Shown one piece after another: positions 19,377 to 28,764 of a stretch of 64,000 nt of DNA; the stretch's first letter is position 1; the number at the start of each line of letters is the position of its first letter. The notes under the pieces are model-generated. The model worked only from the letters and a program-made list of their open reading frames with translations. It made no database searches and had not been told where the DNA came from. Source of the stretch: Candidatus Aminicenantales bacterium (GTDB lineage Bacteria > Acidobacteriota > Aminicenantia > Aminicenantales > Saccharicenantaceae); contig JBEKXF010000003.1 in NCBI GenBank assembly GCA_049512315.1, positions 62,001 through 126,000 on the forward strand. The letters are read 5' to 3'. The position numbers and the translations under genes are program-made.

Positions 19377-21059
19377 TCAGGCGCCGGCGGCTTTCTCCAG
19401 GCGCTTCATGATCGCGAACATGAAGCCGCCCGAAAGGACACAGGCCACGACCAGGATCGTCCATAGGGTCCAGAGGGGGATCCGCATCCACAGATACGCC
19501 CCGACGCCGACGAGCTGCAGGCCGATGGCCGTCGACGCGAACCAGCCGCCCTGCATCAGCCCCTTGTACTTCGGCGGGGCGACCTTGGAGACGAACGAGA
19601 TGCCGATGGGGCTCAGGAAGAGCTCGGCGATCGTCAACAGGAAGTAGGTCGAGATCAGCCAGTAGACCGAAACCTGGGCCGAGGCCGGGGCGACCAGCCC
19701 GCCGAGGGACTTGGGGCTGGGGAGCCCGAGCGACCCGATGGCCAGGATGGCAAAGGCCACGGCCGTGAGGAGCATGCCGAAGCCGATCTTGCGCGGCGAA
19801 GACGGCTCCCGGCCCTTCCTGTTGAGCGCGGCGAAGACGGTGATGGCGACCGGGGTCAGGGCGACGATGAAGAACGGGTTGAAGTGCTGGAATTTCTGCG
19901 GCGCGAAGGAGTTGACGTCGGCGTAGCCCCGAAACCTCAGGTAGGTCAGGACGCCGAAAACGGCAAAACACAGCCCGCCCAGAGTGCGGGCCGTCGGACG
20001 CGAGCCTTTCCTGATGAGAAAGATCAGGCCGACGACGGACATGAAGAGAGGGAGGAGGCCGAACAGGTCGAACCAGAGGTTCGAGACCTTCCCGACGTGC
20101 GGCAAGGTGTAGTCCCTGGCGAAGAAGGTCATGGTCACCGCGCTCTGCTGGAAAGCCATCCAGAAGAAGATGACGACGACGAAGATCAGGCCGAGGACGA
20201 TGAACCGTTCTTTCGTCTCCCGGGGCGTGAGCTCGACCATCTGGCCGCGATGCGCTTCGGATTTCGCCTTCTGCATCTCGTTGAGATCGGCGTGCTTGTA
20301 GTATTTCCGGAAGCCCCAGAAGATCAGCATGGAAATGACCATGCTGATGCAGGCGACTCCGAAGCCGTAATGGTAGGACTTGCTGAGGGCGTTGATGTAT
20401 TTCTCGGAGAACGCCTTGAGGGTCCCGAGGGCCACGCCGGGGTCCTGGGCCTGGGCGATCGCCAGATAACCGCGGGCGTCGGCCAGCGTCCCCTTCAAAA
20501 AGCTGTTGGCCAGGGCCGGGATCCGGGCGTCATAAAAATAGTGGGACGCGGCGAGAATCCAGTTGCTGACCTTCTCCGAGGCCGTCGGGGCGAACATGGC
20601 GCCGATGTTGATGCCCATGTAGAAGATGTTGAAGGCCCGGTCGCGGAGGGGGCTGTATTGGGGGTCGTCGTAGAGGTTCCCGACCAGGGCTTGGAGGTTC
20701 CCCTTGAAGAGCCCCGTGCCGAGGGCGATCAGGACCAGGGCCGTGATGATGAGGCCGAAGCCCGTCCCGATCGTGGACGGCACGGCCAGCACGACATAGC
20801 CGAGGAGCATCGTCACGAGGCCGATGCTGATCGTCTTGCCGTAGCCGAGGACCTTGTCGGACAGGAAGCCACCGAGGAGGGGGAAGAAATAGACGCCGAA
20901 CATGAAGGTGCTGTAGATGAACCCGGAGGCGCTCGCGGTCATGCCGTACTTCGCCTGGAGGAACAGGACGAAAATGCTGACCATCGTGTAGAACCCGAAG
21001 CGCTCGCCCATGTTGGCCATGAACATGACGTACAGAGCTTTGGGATGTCCTTTAAACAT
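19377..21059 (-). CDS. POT/PTR family peptide:H+ symporter
   Basis: GHPKAL, ERFGFY, GTGLFKGN, FYMGINIG and ELFLSPIG motifs. Confidence 0.95.
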   Translation of the reverse strand: MFKGHPKALYVMFMANMGERFGFYTMVSIFVLFLQAKYGMTASASGFIYSTFMFGVYFFPLLGGFLSDKVLGYGKTISIGLVTMLLGYVVLAVPSTIGTGFGLIITALVLIALGTGLFKGNLQALVGNLYDDPQYSPLRDRAFNIFYMGINIGAMFAPTASEKVSNWILAASHYFYDARIPALANSFLKGTLADARGYLAIAQAQDPGVALGTLKAFSEKYINALSKSYHYGFGVACISMVISMLIFWGFRKYYKHADLNEMQKAKSEAHRGQMVELTPRETKERFIVLGLIFVVVIFFWMAFQQSAVTMTFFARDYTLPHVGKVSNLWFDLFGLLPLFMSVVGLIFLIRKGSRPTARTLGGLCFAVFGVLTYLRFRGYADVNSFAPQKFQHFNPFFIVALTPVAITVFAALNRKGREPSSPRKIGFGMLLTAVAFAILAIGSLGLPSPKSLGGLVAPASAQVSVYWLISTYFLLTIAELFLSPIGISFVSKVAPPKYKGLMQGGWFASTAIGLQLVGVGAYLWMRIPLWTLWTILVVACVLSGGFMFAIMKRLEKAAGA

Positions 21060-21161
21060 GGTTCACCGTCCTGGAAGGGATAGGCTCAAAGCGCCCGGAT
21101 TATAGCAAAATCGCCCGGCCCAAGCCATAAGGAAAAAGAGGACCGTCCCCCGTTCCCGGCC

Positions 21162-22685
21162 TCAGCGGCGGCCGCCGAGGATCGAGCCCAGGACCCCGCG
21201 CAGGATCTGGCGGCCGAGCGAGCTCCCGACCGAGCGGGCCGCGCTCTTGGCCATGGCCTCGAGGAGCGTGTCCCGGGAACGGCTAGCAGGCCGCCGCGGC
21301 TCGGCGGGAGGCGGCTCGCGCCGGTCCCAGGTCGGGGGCGGCGAGGACGGCGCGCCGTCATTCGACGGCCCCGGCATCCCCGCGGGCTGGCCGGCGGCCG
21401 CCGTTCTCTCCGCCCTCCCCTTGAGCATCTCGTAGGCGGACTCCCGGTCGATCGTCTGTTCGTAGTGGCCGAAGAGGACGGATCGCCGGATGATCTCCTG
21501 GCGGACCGGGGGCGCGATGGGCCCGATCTGGCTTCTGGGAGGCAGGACGAAGGCCCTGTCGACGATCCCGGGCATGCCCTTCTCGTCGAGGAACGAGATG
21601 AGGCCTTCGCCGACGGCGAGCTGGGTGATCGCCGTCTCCACGTTGATCTTCGGGTTCTGCCGGAAGGTTTCCGCGGCGGCTTTCACCGCTTTCTGGTCCC
21701 GCGGCGTGAACGCCCGCAGGGCGTGCTGAATGCGGTTGCCGAGCTGGCTCAGGGTGACGTCGGGGACGTCGAGCGGATTCTGGGTGACGAAGAACACCCC
21801 GACGCCCTTGGACCGGATGAGCCGGACGACCTGCTCGATTTTCTCGAGCAGGACCGGCGGCGCGTCCGTGAACAGGAGGTGGGCTTCGTCGAAGAAAAAG
21901 ACGAGCCTCGGCTTGTCCTGGTCTCCGACCTCGGGCAGACGCTCGAAGAGCTCCGACAGGAGCCAGAGGAGGAAGGTCGAGTAGGCCTGGGGGGTTTGCA
22001 TCAGCTTGTCGGCGGCCAGGATGTTGATCATGCCCCGGCCTCGCTCGTCGGTCTGGATGAGGTCATCCAGGTTGAGGGCGGGCTCGCCGAAGATCTTGTC
22101 GGCGCCCTGCTCCTCGAGCGTGAGCAGGCCCCGCTGGATGGCGCCGATGCTGGCCGTCGAGACCCGGCCGTATTCCGTCTCGAACACGTCGGCGCGATCC
22201 CCGGCGTACTGGACCATGGCCCGCAGGTCCTTGAAGTCGAGGAGGAGGAGGCCGTTGTCGTCGGCGAACCGGAAGACGATCGTCAGGACTCCGCTCTGGA
22301 TGTCGTTGAGGTTGAGAAGCCGCGCCAAGAGCAGAGGCCCCATGCCCGAAACCGTCGTCCGCACCGGATGGCCCTGTTCGCTGAAGACGTCCCAGAAGGT
22401 GACGGGGCAACCCTCGAAGGCCATGGCCCCGAGCTTGAGCAGCTTGGCCCGCTCGAGGATCTTCGGATTCGGCGTTCCGGGCTGGCTGATCCCGGCCAGG
22501 TCCCCCTTGACGTCGGCCATGAAGACGGGGACGCCGATGCGGCTGAGGTTCTCGGCCATGACCTGGAGCGACACGGTCTTGCCGGTCCCCGTGGCCCCGG
22601 CCACGAGGCCGTGCCGGTTCGCCATCCGCGGCAGAAGATAGAGCTCCTTCTCACCCTTGGCGATCAGCAGTCCTTCGGACGACAT
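21162..22685 (-). CDS. DUF853 / YjgR-like HerA-family ATPase
   Basis: [36 protein letters not shown] and the typical C-terminal [10 protein letters not shown]. Confidence 0.93.
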   Translation of the reverse strand: MSSEGLLIAKGEKELYLLPRMANRHGLVAGATGTGKTVSLQVMAENLSRIGVPVFMADVKGDLAGISQPGTPNPKILERAKLLKLGAMAFEGCPVTFWDVFSEQGHPVRTTVSGMGPLLLARLLNLNDIQSGVLTIVFRFADDNGLLLLDFKDLRAMVQYAGDRADVFETEYGRVSTASIGAIQRGLLTLEEQGADKIFGEPALNLDDLIQTDERGRGMINILAADKLMQTPQAYSTFLLWLLSELFERLPEVGDQDKPRLVFFFDEAHLLFTDAPPVLLEKIEQVVRLIRSKGVGVFFVTQNPLDVPDVTLSQLGNRIQHALRAFTPRDQKAVKAAAETFRQNPKINVETAITQLAVGEGLISFLDEKGMPGIVDRAFVLPPRSQIGPIAPPVRQEIIRRSVLFGHYEQTIDRESAYEMLKGRAERTAAAGQPAGMPGPSNDGAPSSPPPTWDRREPPPAEPRRPASRSRDTLLEAMAKSAARSVGSSLGRQILRGVLGSILGGRR

Positions 22686-22698
22686 GATTCCCTCCCTC

Positions 22699-23457
22699 TC
22701 ACCATTTCAAGCTCTCGAGCAGAAGCCCGGAGACCTTCTTTTGCAGGGCCGCCCGGAACTTCTCGACGGTCTCGACCTCATTCCCACCCCAGTAGTCCCG
22801 GATATACATGGGCGCTCCGACATTGACCCGGATCCGCCCGGGAACCCCCCAGAGAGTGTGGGTCCCGAAGATCGAGAGCGGCGTCACCGGCACGGAGAAT
22901 CTTTCCTCCCGGAAAAGGTTATAGACCATGATGGGCACGCCCCGGCGGAAGCTCTTGACGTACGGGTTGGGGTCCTTGGGATGGACGCGGCCCCGGCCCT
23001 GCAGGGCGATCACGGCCCGGCCTTTTTTCAGGTATTCCTGGCACTTGAGGATCGAGGTGCTTTTCCTGCCGTACATGTCGACCGGAATGGAGCCGACCCG
23101 GGAGATGTGGCCGGAGACAAAATCGACCATGTAGGAATAAAAGGGGTTGAGGATGATGTGGAGGAAGCCCCCGAAATTGCCCAAGTGCCGGTGGAGGTGG
23201 CGGAGGACGAGCTCGCTCGCCTCAGCCTTATTGAAGACCATCTTGTTGGCCATGAAGAAGATCATCCCCGGCTTGGTCAGGAGCAGGATGGCGACGTCCT
23301 TGTAGCTCCCGATGTGGTTCGCGGTGATGACGTTGGGGCCCTCCCTGACGAAATTCTCCGTGCCGCGGAGGTCGATCTTCTTGGGGAAGATCATCAGCCG
23401 CGAAAGGAAGAGCACGACCTTCTCGATCTTCTTGTATTCTTCTTCGTAGGTCGCCAT
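22699..23457 (-). CDS. Lysophospholipid acyltransferase (PlsC-like)
   Basis: ANHIGSYKD (HxxxxD) acyltransferase motif and VPVTP..IFG; start taken at MATYEE. Confidence 0.8.
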   Translation of the reverse strand: MATYEEEYKKIEKVVLFLSRLMIFPKKIDLRGTENFVREGPNVITANHIGSYKDVAILLLTKPGMIFFMANKMVFNKAEASELVLRHLHRHLGNFGGFLHIILNPFYSYMVDFVSGHISRVGSIPVDMYGRKSTSILKCQEYLKKGRAVIALQGRGRVHPKDPNPYVKSFRRGVPIMVYNLFREERFSVPVTPLSIFGTHTLWGVPGRIRVNVGAPMYIRDYWGGNEVETVEKFRAALQKKVSGLLLESLKW

Positions 23458-23467
23458 TTGTAGCCCT

Positions 23468-23535
23468 ATTTTACAGAATCCCGCCGGGAAATTCAAAAGC
23501 CCCGGGTTTGACCCCGGCCGCGGAAGCGTGATAAT
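23468..23535. promoter_or_regulatory. Back-to-back sigma70-like promoters (plsC-like gene and iadA)
   Basis: Minus strand TTGAAT-17-TAAAAT 10 nt before the ATG at 23457; plus strand TTGACC-16-GATAAT 8 nt before the ATG at 23544. Confidence 0.6.
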
Positions 23536-23543
23536 TTAGGCCC

Positions 23544-24716
23544 ATGCTCACCCTGATCCGCAACGGAGATGTCTACGGCCCCGAGCCCCTGGGAAAAAAG
23601 GACATTCTGATCGCCGGCGGTTCCATCGAAATCGTCGCCGAGCCGGGCGGGCTCCGCCTGGGCGACCTCGAGGCGGACGTCATGAACGCGGCCGGCCTCG
23701 CCGTCCTTCCCGGGCTCGTCGACCCGCACGTCCACATCCTTGGGGGCGGCGGCGAGGGCGGCCCGGCCACCCGGGCCCCCGAGATCCGCGTCGAGGATAT
23801 CGTCTCGAGCGGGGTCACGACGGTCATCGGCTGCCTCGGGACGGACGGCGTCACCCGGCACGTGGCGTCCCTCCTGGCCAAGGCCCGGGCCCTCGAGATC
23901 GAAGGGATCTCGGCGTACGTTTTCTCAGGGTCCTACGAAGTCCCCGTGAACACCCTGACCGGAAGCGTCCGGAGCGACCTCATCCTCATCGACAAGGTCA
24001 TCGGGGCGGGCGAGATCGCCCTGTCCGATCATCGCTCGTCCCAGCCGACGTTCGACGAGGTGGCCCGGCTCGCGGCCGAGTGCCGGGTCGGCGGGATGCT
24101 CGGCGGGAAGGCGGGCGTCCTCCATGTCCACATGGGAGACGGGAAGCGACGGCTCGAGATACTCTTCCGGATCGTCCGGGAGACCGAGATCCCCCCGACC
24201 CAGGTCGTCCCCACCCATATCACCCGCAACCGCGAGCTCTTCGAAGACGGCCTCGAGTGGGTCAGGGCCGGCGGGTCCATCGACGTCTCGGCCGGACCCG
24301 ACCCGGATCCTGCGGCCGACCCCGACGTCAGCCTCGAGGAGTGCGTCGCCCGGTTCAAGAAGGACGGCCTTCCGCTCGGACGGATCATGGTGAGTTCGGA
24401 CGGGAACGGGAGCATGCCGGTTTTCGACAATTCCGGGAAGCTCGTCCGCCTGACGATCGCCACGGAGAAAGACCTCTTCCGGAAATTCCGGGACCTCGTC
24501 GTGAAGAAAATCCTGCCGCTCGAGGAGGCGGCGCGCCTGTTCTCAACGAATGCCGCCGAGTTCTACAGACTCGGAAAGAAGGGGCGAATCGCGGCCGGCG
24601 GTGATGCAGACCTCATCCTCCTCGACCCGGACCTCGCCCTCGAGGGCGTTCTCGCCAAGGGGAAAAAGCTGATGTCGGGCGGCCGCCTCCTGGTCAAGGG
24701 CACGTTCAGCGAATGA
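23544..24716 (+). CDS. iadA: Isoaspartyl dipeptidase (beta-aspartyl peptidase)
   Basis: PGLVDPHVHILGGGGEGG, GCLGTDG, GEIALSDHRSSQPT and SSDGNGS IadA motifs. Confidence 0.95.
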   Translation: MLTLIRNGDVYGPEPLGKKDILIAGGSIEIVAEPGGLRLGDLEADVMNAAGLAVLPGLVDPHVHILGGGGEGGPATRAPEIRVEDIVSSGVTTVIGCLGTDGVTRHVASLLAKARALEIEGISAYVFSGSYEVPVNTLTGSVRSDLILIDKVIGAGEIALSDHRSSQPTFDEVARLAAECRVGGMLGGKAGVLHVHMGDGKRRLEILFRIVRETEIPPTQVVPTHITRNRELFEDGLEWVRAGGSIDVSAGPDPDPAADPDVSLEECVARFKKDGLPLGRIMVSSDGNGSMPVFDNSGKLVRLTIATEKDLFRKFRDLVVKKILPLEEAARLFSTNAAEFYRLGKKGRIAAGGDADLILLDPDLALEGVLAKGKKLMSGGRLLVKGTFSE

Positions 24717-26149
24717 ACAATCGGGCGGCTCGGCCGGCTGATCCTCCGGTGGCGGAGAGAAGGCCGCCCTTCGGCCTCGCACTGATCCCGCTCGTCTCGA
24801 TGGCCCTCCTGCTCGGCGTCGGCTACGGCGTCTACAAGATCAAGGCCCAAATCCTTCTTGTGGCCGCGGCTTTTATCACGGGCGTCATGGGCCTGCTCTT
24901 CGGATTCAAATGGAAAGACATGGAGCAGGGCATCGTCGACAGCATCCACAAGGCCATGCCGGCCATCCTCATCATGCTTTCGGTTGGCATCCTCATCGGG
25001 GCCTGGATGGCCAGCGGCACCATCCCCATGATCATTTACTACGGCCTGAAGCTCATCTCCCCGAAATTCTTCCTCTTCACGGCCTGCCTCGTCTGCAGTA
25101 TCACGTCGATCGCGACCGGGACGTCGTGGGGAACGGTCGGGACCCTGGGAGTCGCCTTCATCGGGATCGCCATGGGTCTCGGTCTCCCGCTCGGCCCGGC
25201 CGCCGGGGCCATCGTCGCCGGGGCCTATTTCGGCGACAAGATGTCGCCCCTCTCCGACATCCCGAACCTGGCCACAGTCATCTCCGGCTCGAACCTCTTC
25301 GACCACATCAAGCACATGATGTGGTCGGCCGTGCCCGCCTGGCTGGCCGGGCTGGCCATTTACTTCGTCGTGGGCCTGAAATACGGCGCCAAGGCCATTC
25401 AATCCGATACGATGACCCTGATCACGGACACACTGAGGGCCAACTTCCGGTTCAACATCCTCCTTCTTCTCCCCATGGTCATCATCTTTTATTTCGCCGT
25501 GGCCAAGAAGCCGACCATCCCGGCCATGATCCTGTCGTCCATCGTCGCCGGGATCCTGGCTGTTGTTTTCCAGAAGGTCTCCGTGGGCGTCGTGGCCACG
25601 GCCATGAATTCGGGGCTCCCCTCCCGGACCGGGGTCGAGCTCGTTGACAAGCTCCTCTCCAAGGGCGGGATGATGAGCATGATGGAGACCCAGCTCATCG
25701 CCTTTACGGCCTTCTCGTTCGGCGGCATCATGCAGAGGACCGGCTGCCTGGCGGTGATACTCGAGCGGGTCATGAGGTTCACGAAGGAGGTCTGGAGCCT
25801 GGTCGTGACGACGGTCGTCACGTCCGTCCTCTCGGCTATGATCACCGGGAGCTCCTACCTTTCGATGATCATCCCGGCCGACCTGCTGGCGCCCGTCTAC
25901 AAGGAAAAAGGACTCGCCGCCAAAAACCTGTCGAGGATCATTGAGGAGAGCGGCGGGATCATCGTCCCCCTCATCCCCTGGAGCATGGCCGGCGTTTACA
26001 TCACGGGAACGATCGGAGTTTCGACCTTCGCTTATCTGCCCTGGGCTTTCATGAACTACATGTCGGTGGCCATGCTGGTCATCTTCGGGTTCACGAAATT
26101 CACCATGGCCCCGCGTATCCGCGAAGACGAGACCCAGGCCGGAAGCTGA
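24713..26149 (+). CDS. NhaC family antiporter/transporter
   Basis: GTIPMIIYYG, TGTSWGT, GAYFGDKMSPLSD and PLIPWS motifs; ATGA overlap with iadA. Confidence 0.92.
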   Translation: MNNRAARPADPPVAERRPPFGLALIPLVSMALLLGVGYGVYKIKAQILLVAAAFITGVMGLLFGFKWKDMEQGIVDSIHKAMPAILIMLSVGILIGAWMASGTIPMIIYYGLKLISPKFFLFTACLVCSITSIATGTSWGTVGTLGVAFIGIAMGLGLPLGPAAGAIVAGAYFGDKMSPLSDIPNLATVISGSNLFDHIKHMMWSAVPAWLAGLAIYFVVGLKYGAKAIQSDTMTLITDTLRANFRFNILLLLPMVIIFYFAVAKKPTIPAMILSSIVAGILAVVFQKVSVGVVATAMNSGLPSRTGVELVDKLLSKGGMMSMMETQLIAFTAFSFGGIMQRTGCLAVILERVMRFTKEVWSLVVTTVVTSVLSAMITGSSYLSMIIPADLLAPVYKEKGLAAKNLSRIIEESGGIIVPLIPWSMAGVYITGTIGVSTFAYLPWAFMNYMSVAMLVIFGFTKFTMAPRIREDETQAGS

Positions 26150-26164
26150 GCGGGGAAAGCTGGA

Positions 26165-26197
26165 GGGGGATATGTACTTTGGGTACGTGTCCCCCTA
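26165..26197. repeat. REP-like hairpin
   Basis: GGGGGATATGTAC-TTTGG-GTACGTGTCCCCC; direct-repeat partner at 26898-26930. Confidence 0.7.
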
Positions 26198-26227
26198 TGA
26201 TTCTCCCCGTATGATTGAAACCGAAGT

Positions 26228-26761
26228 TCAGAAGCGGAAGCAGAGCCCGCCGCTGAGGCTCGGGCAAACCCTGGACATATCGTTGTCCACTAACCAAAAT
26301 CGCATCATCGCCCGCCCGTACAGACCGAAATTATTCCCGAGCCAGAATTCCTGGCGGAACCCGAAATGCAGCCCGAAGCCATTGAGGTCGACCTCGTAGG
26401 GCTCGCCCTCGCTCCCGCTGAGTCCCAGAAAAATAATCGAAGGGGCCTTGTCGGGCCCAAACGATTTCCAGTATCCCACGTCCGCCACCCCGCCGTGGCC
26501 GTTGAACCAAGACGCCGAGAGGTAGCCGGCGCTGACGTAAATTCCCGCCCTTTTCCAAAGTGAGAAGATGCCCGCCGCCTCAAAGGAGCTCGCCCACCAA
26601 TCGCGATTGATGCTGCAAGCTCCGAAGCCCAGGGATAAGTTCACCCGCCCGGCCGCGCCGATCGGCGCCGCGGAGACGAGGAGCGCGCCCAAAAGCAGGA
26701 CGTGGACGGCGGAGTTTCGGATCGACCGGAGATACGGGGGCCTGATGATTTTCCTTGTCAT
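26228..26761 (-). CDS. Hypothetical small outer-membrane beta-barrel-like protein
   Basis: GGGAGG RBS, signal peptide, alternating aromatic/Gly strands, C-terminal LCFRF ending in Phe. Confidence 0.6.
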   Translation of the reverse strand: MTRKIIRPPYLRSIRNSAVHVLLLGALLVSAAPIGAAGRVNLSLGFGACSINRDWWASSFEAAGIFSLWKRAGIYVSAGYLSASWFNGHGGVADVGYWKSFGPDKAPSIIFLGLSGSEGEPYEVDLNGFGLHFGFRQEFWLGNNFGLYGRAMMRFWLVDNDMSRVCPSLSGGLCFRF

Positions 26762-26897
26762 GTCAACCTCCCTCTGAACCGGCTGGGAGGATATTACTAT
26801 AGATAAGGGCCCGGGTTCAATCCATCGACGCGAACTCAAACCCTCAGGCAAGTGCCGCCGCACGGGTTCGGGGAGACCGCCCTCAGCTCTTCCATCC

Positions 26898-26930
26898 GGG
26901 GGGACATGTCCCTAGGCACGTGTCCCCCTA
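26898..26930. repeat. REP-like hairpin
   Basis: GGGGGACATGT-CCCTAGGC-ACGTGTCCCCC; overlaps the TAG stop of the minus-strand gene 26928-27218. Confidence 0.7.
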
Positions 26931-27218
26931 GGTCTCCTCGTCGTCCTCGCCCTTCCCGGCCTTTTCGAGCGCCTGCTTGAACAGCTCGTCGGCCTTGGCG
27001 TGCTTCTCTTTCTGGAGCTCGAAGGTGGCATCGAACTTGCGGCCGAACTGGTCCGTCCGGGCTTTCTCTTTGACCAGCATGTCGTCGAGCGAGCCCTTGG
27101 CCTTTTTCGCCTTCTCGGATTTCATGACGGCCCGCGTTTCGCCGTCAACCCAGAGCAAGGCCCCGCAGCAGGGGCAGGTCACCTGGAAGACACCGGGCTT
27201 TCCCTCTTTGTCCGCCAT
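26928..27218 (-). CDS. Hypothetical protein (CPCC motif plus charged helical tail)
   Basis: VTCPCCGALLWVD followed by a coiled-coil-like region; promoter-like TTGAAG-18-TAAATT 6 nt upstream of the ATG. Confidence 0.75.
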   Translation of the reverse strand: MADKEGKPGVFQVTCPCCGALLWVDGETRAVMKSEKAKKAKGSLDDMLVKEKARTDQFGRKFDATFELQKEKHAKADELFKQALEKAGKGEDDEET

Positions 27219-27410
27219 GAGCTGAATTTAGCACAATCCAGTCCGGCGCTTCAACAAAGAGGGATAGTCCCCCTGTACTGGGCGGTATCCCCTTCCCGAA
27301 TCGTTATTAGGAGATCAGCGGACGCAGGGGGGATGTCCCGGAGAAAACATTGAGCGCGACGCGGGCACGGTTGGAAAAGAGGGACAGTCCCTGGAATGAA
27401 ATACTCAGAC

Positions 27411-27526
27411 ACTCGTTTCGGATATTTATCAGAAGTGCGGCTCCGAGCCGCTCCGCCACACTTCTGCTGGTCGCTCCTCGGAATCCGCTCCCTGCCGGAG
27501 GGACTCCCCCCGAGTCCGCAACCTCA
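27411..27526. repeat. Dispersed structured repeat, copy 2
   Basis: 90/100 identical to the reverse complement of 54451-54550, with a shared AACCTCA end; contains an AGAAGTG...CACTTCT stem. Confidence 0.92.
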
Positions 27527-27569
27527 AGAATAAACGATGAGGGATTATTGTGATAGGAACCTTTCATGC

Positions 27570-28595
27570 CTATTCCGACGGACAGGCCGGACGCCCGGGC
27601 TGGATATTATGCTTTTTCAGCAGCTTGAACAGCCCCTGGCGGGTCAGGCCGATCTCCGCGGCCGTCCGCGAGCGATGAAAATGGCAGCGCACGAGAGCCT
27701 CGCGCAGGAACCGCTTCTCGAACTCGGCTCGGGCCTCGGCCAGGCGCTGGGAGGCCGGCGAGTAGGTCTCGCCGCCGGGGTTGATCTTCGCGGACAGGAA
27801 ATCCTCCTGCACAACGGGGCCGTCCCCCGCGATGATGAGGCAGCGCTGGATCTCGTTCTGGAGCTCCCGGACGTTGCCGGGCCAGGGGTAGCTCAAGAGA
27901 AGCTCAAGGGCCAGCGGAGAGAAGTGAGGCCGGGACCGCCGCATGGAACGGGAGTATTCGTCCATGAAGTGGTCAAGGAGGAGGACGACATCCTCTTTCC
28001 TCTCCCGGAGCGGCGGCAGCTCGATCGGAATGATCTTGAGGCGGTAGTAAAGGTCCTCGCGGAAATTCCCGCGGGCGACCTCCTTCTCGATGTCCTTGTT
28101 CGTGGCGCTCACGAACCGGACGTCGACGGGCCGGACCTTCGTTTCCCCGACCCTCCGGATCTTCTTCTCCTCGAGGACACGGAGGAGCTTGGCCTGGAGG
28201 GAGAGCGGGAGGTCGCCGATCTCGTCCAAGAAGAAGGTCCCGCCGGCAGCCTCCTCGACGAGGCCGGACTTATCGCGGAGCGCCCCGGTGAACGCGCCCC
28301 GGGCGTGGCCGAAGAGCTCGCTCTCGAGGAGGTTCTCCGGGATGGCCCCGCAGTTGACGGCGACGAACTGCCCGGCCCGCCGGCGGCCCGTCTCGTGGAT
28401 GGTCCTTGCCGCCAGCTCCTTGCCCGTCCCGCTCTCGCCCAGGATGAGAACGGGGGCGTCAGAATCCCTGACCTTCTCGATCATGGTCCGGACCCTCTGG
28501 ACCGATGGGGCCGATCCCAGGAAAGGGCTGCGATAGAGAGGCGGCGGCGGATCGCCCTGGCCCGTTTCCGGGCCCCGTTCAAGGACATTCTCCAT
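27570..28595 (-). CDS. Sigma-54-dependent transcriptional activator (AAA+ and Fis-type HTH, no evident sensor domain)
   Basis: GESGTGKE, ESELFGH, GAFTGA, FLDEIG, FREDLYYRL, WPGNVRELQN and C-terminal HTH; start uncertain (MENVLE). Confidence 0.9.
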   Translation of the reverse strand: MENVLERGPETGQGDPPPPLYRSPFLGSAPSVQRVRTMIEKVRDSDAPVLILGESGTGKELAARTIHETGRRRAGQFVAVNCGAIPENLLESELFGHARGAFTGALRDKSGLVEEAAGGTFFLDEIGDLPLSLQAKLLRVLEEKKIRRVGETKVRPVDVRFVSATNKDIEKEVARGNFREDLYYRLKIIPIELPPLRERKEDVVLLLDHFMDEYSRSMRRSRPHFSPLALELLLSYPWPGNVRELQNEIQRCLIIAGDGPVVQEDFLSAKINPGGETYSPASQRLAEARAEFEKRFLREALVRCHFHRSRTAAEIGLTRQGLFKLLKKHNIQPGRPACPSE

Positions 28596-28701
28596 CGTTG
28601 GCTCAGGTTCCTTTAAAAAGGAAACGTTCCGCGCCGGACTTTTTCTCACGCCCGGCCGTCCTAAGGCAGAGATGAGGCCACCCGAAGACGAAGGAGTGTC
28701 T

Positions 28702-28730
28702 TTGACAGTCCCTTTCCCCTGTGCTATAAG
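28702..28730 (+). promoter_or_regulatory. Sigma70 promoter of the methyltransferase gene
   Basis: TTGACA-17-TATAAG with extended -10 TG. Confidence 0.75.
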
Positions 28731-28764
28731 TTCGGCCGCCAAATCCCCCTTAAGGACCTGACCC

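Noticed and set aside
21162..22685. HerA-like ATPase as part of an anti-phage system
   Set aside because: It is the DUF853/YjgR type, with no nuclease or sirtuin partner nearby.
26805..26830. GGGTTCAATCC resembling a tRNA T-loop
   Set aside because: No cloverleaf or acceptor stem; better explained as the -35 (TTGAAC) of a minus-strand promoter.
27362..27380. GGCACGG as a sigma-54 promoter near the activator
   Set aside because: Lacks the conserved GC at -12 with correct spacing.
27350..27553. Similar short ORFs at 27350-27553 and 54396-54638 (RSAAPSRSA.LLLVAP.NPLPAGG)
   Set aside because: The similarity is only the translated dispersed repeat; starts and ends differ and the variation follows hairpin pairing rather than codons.
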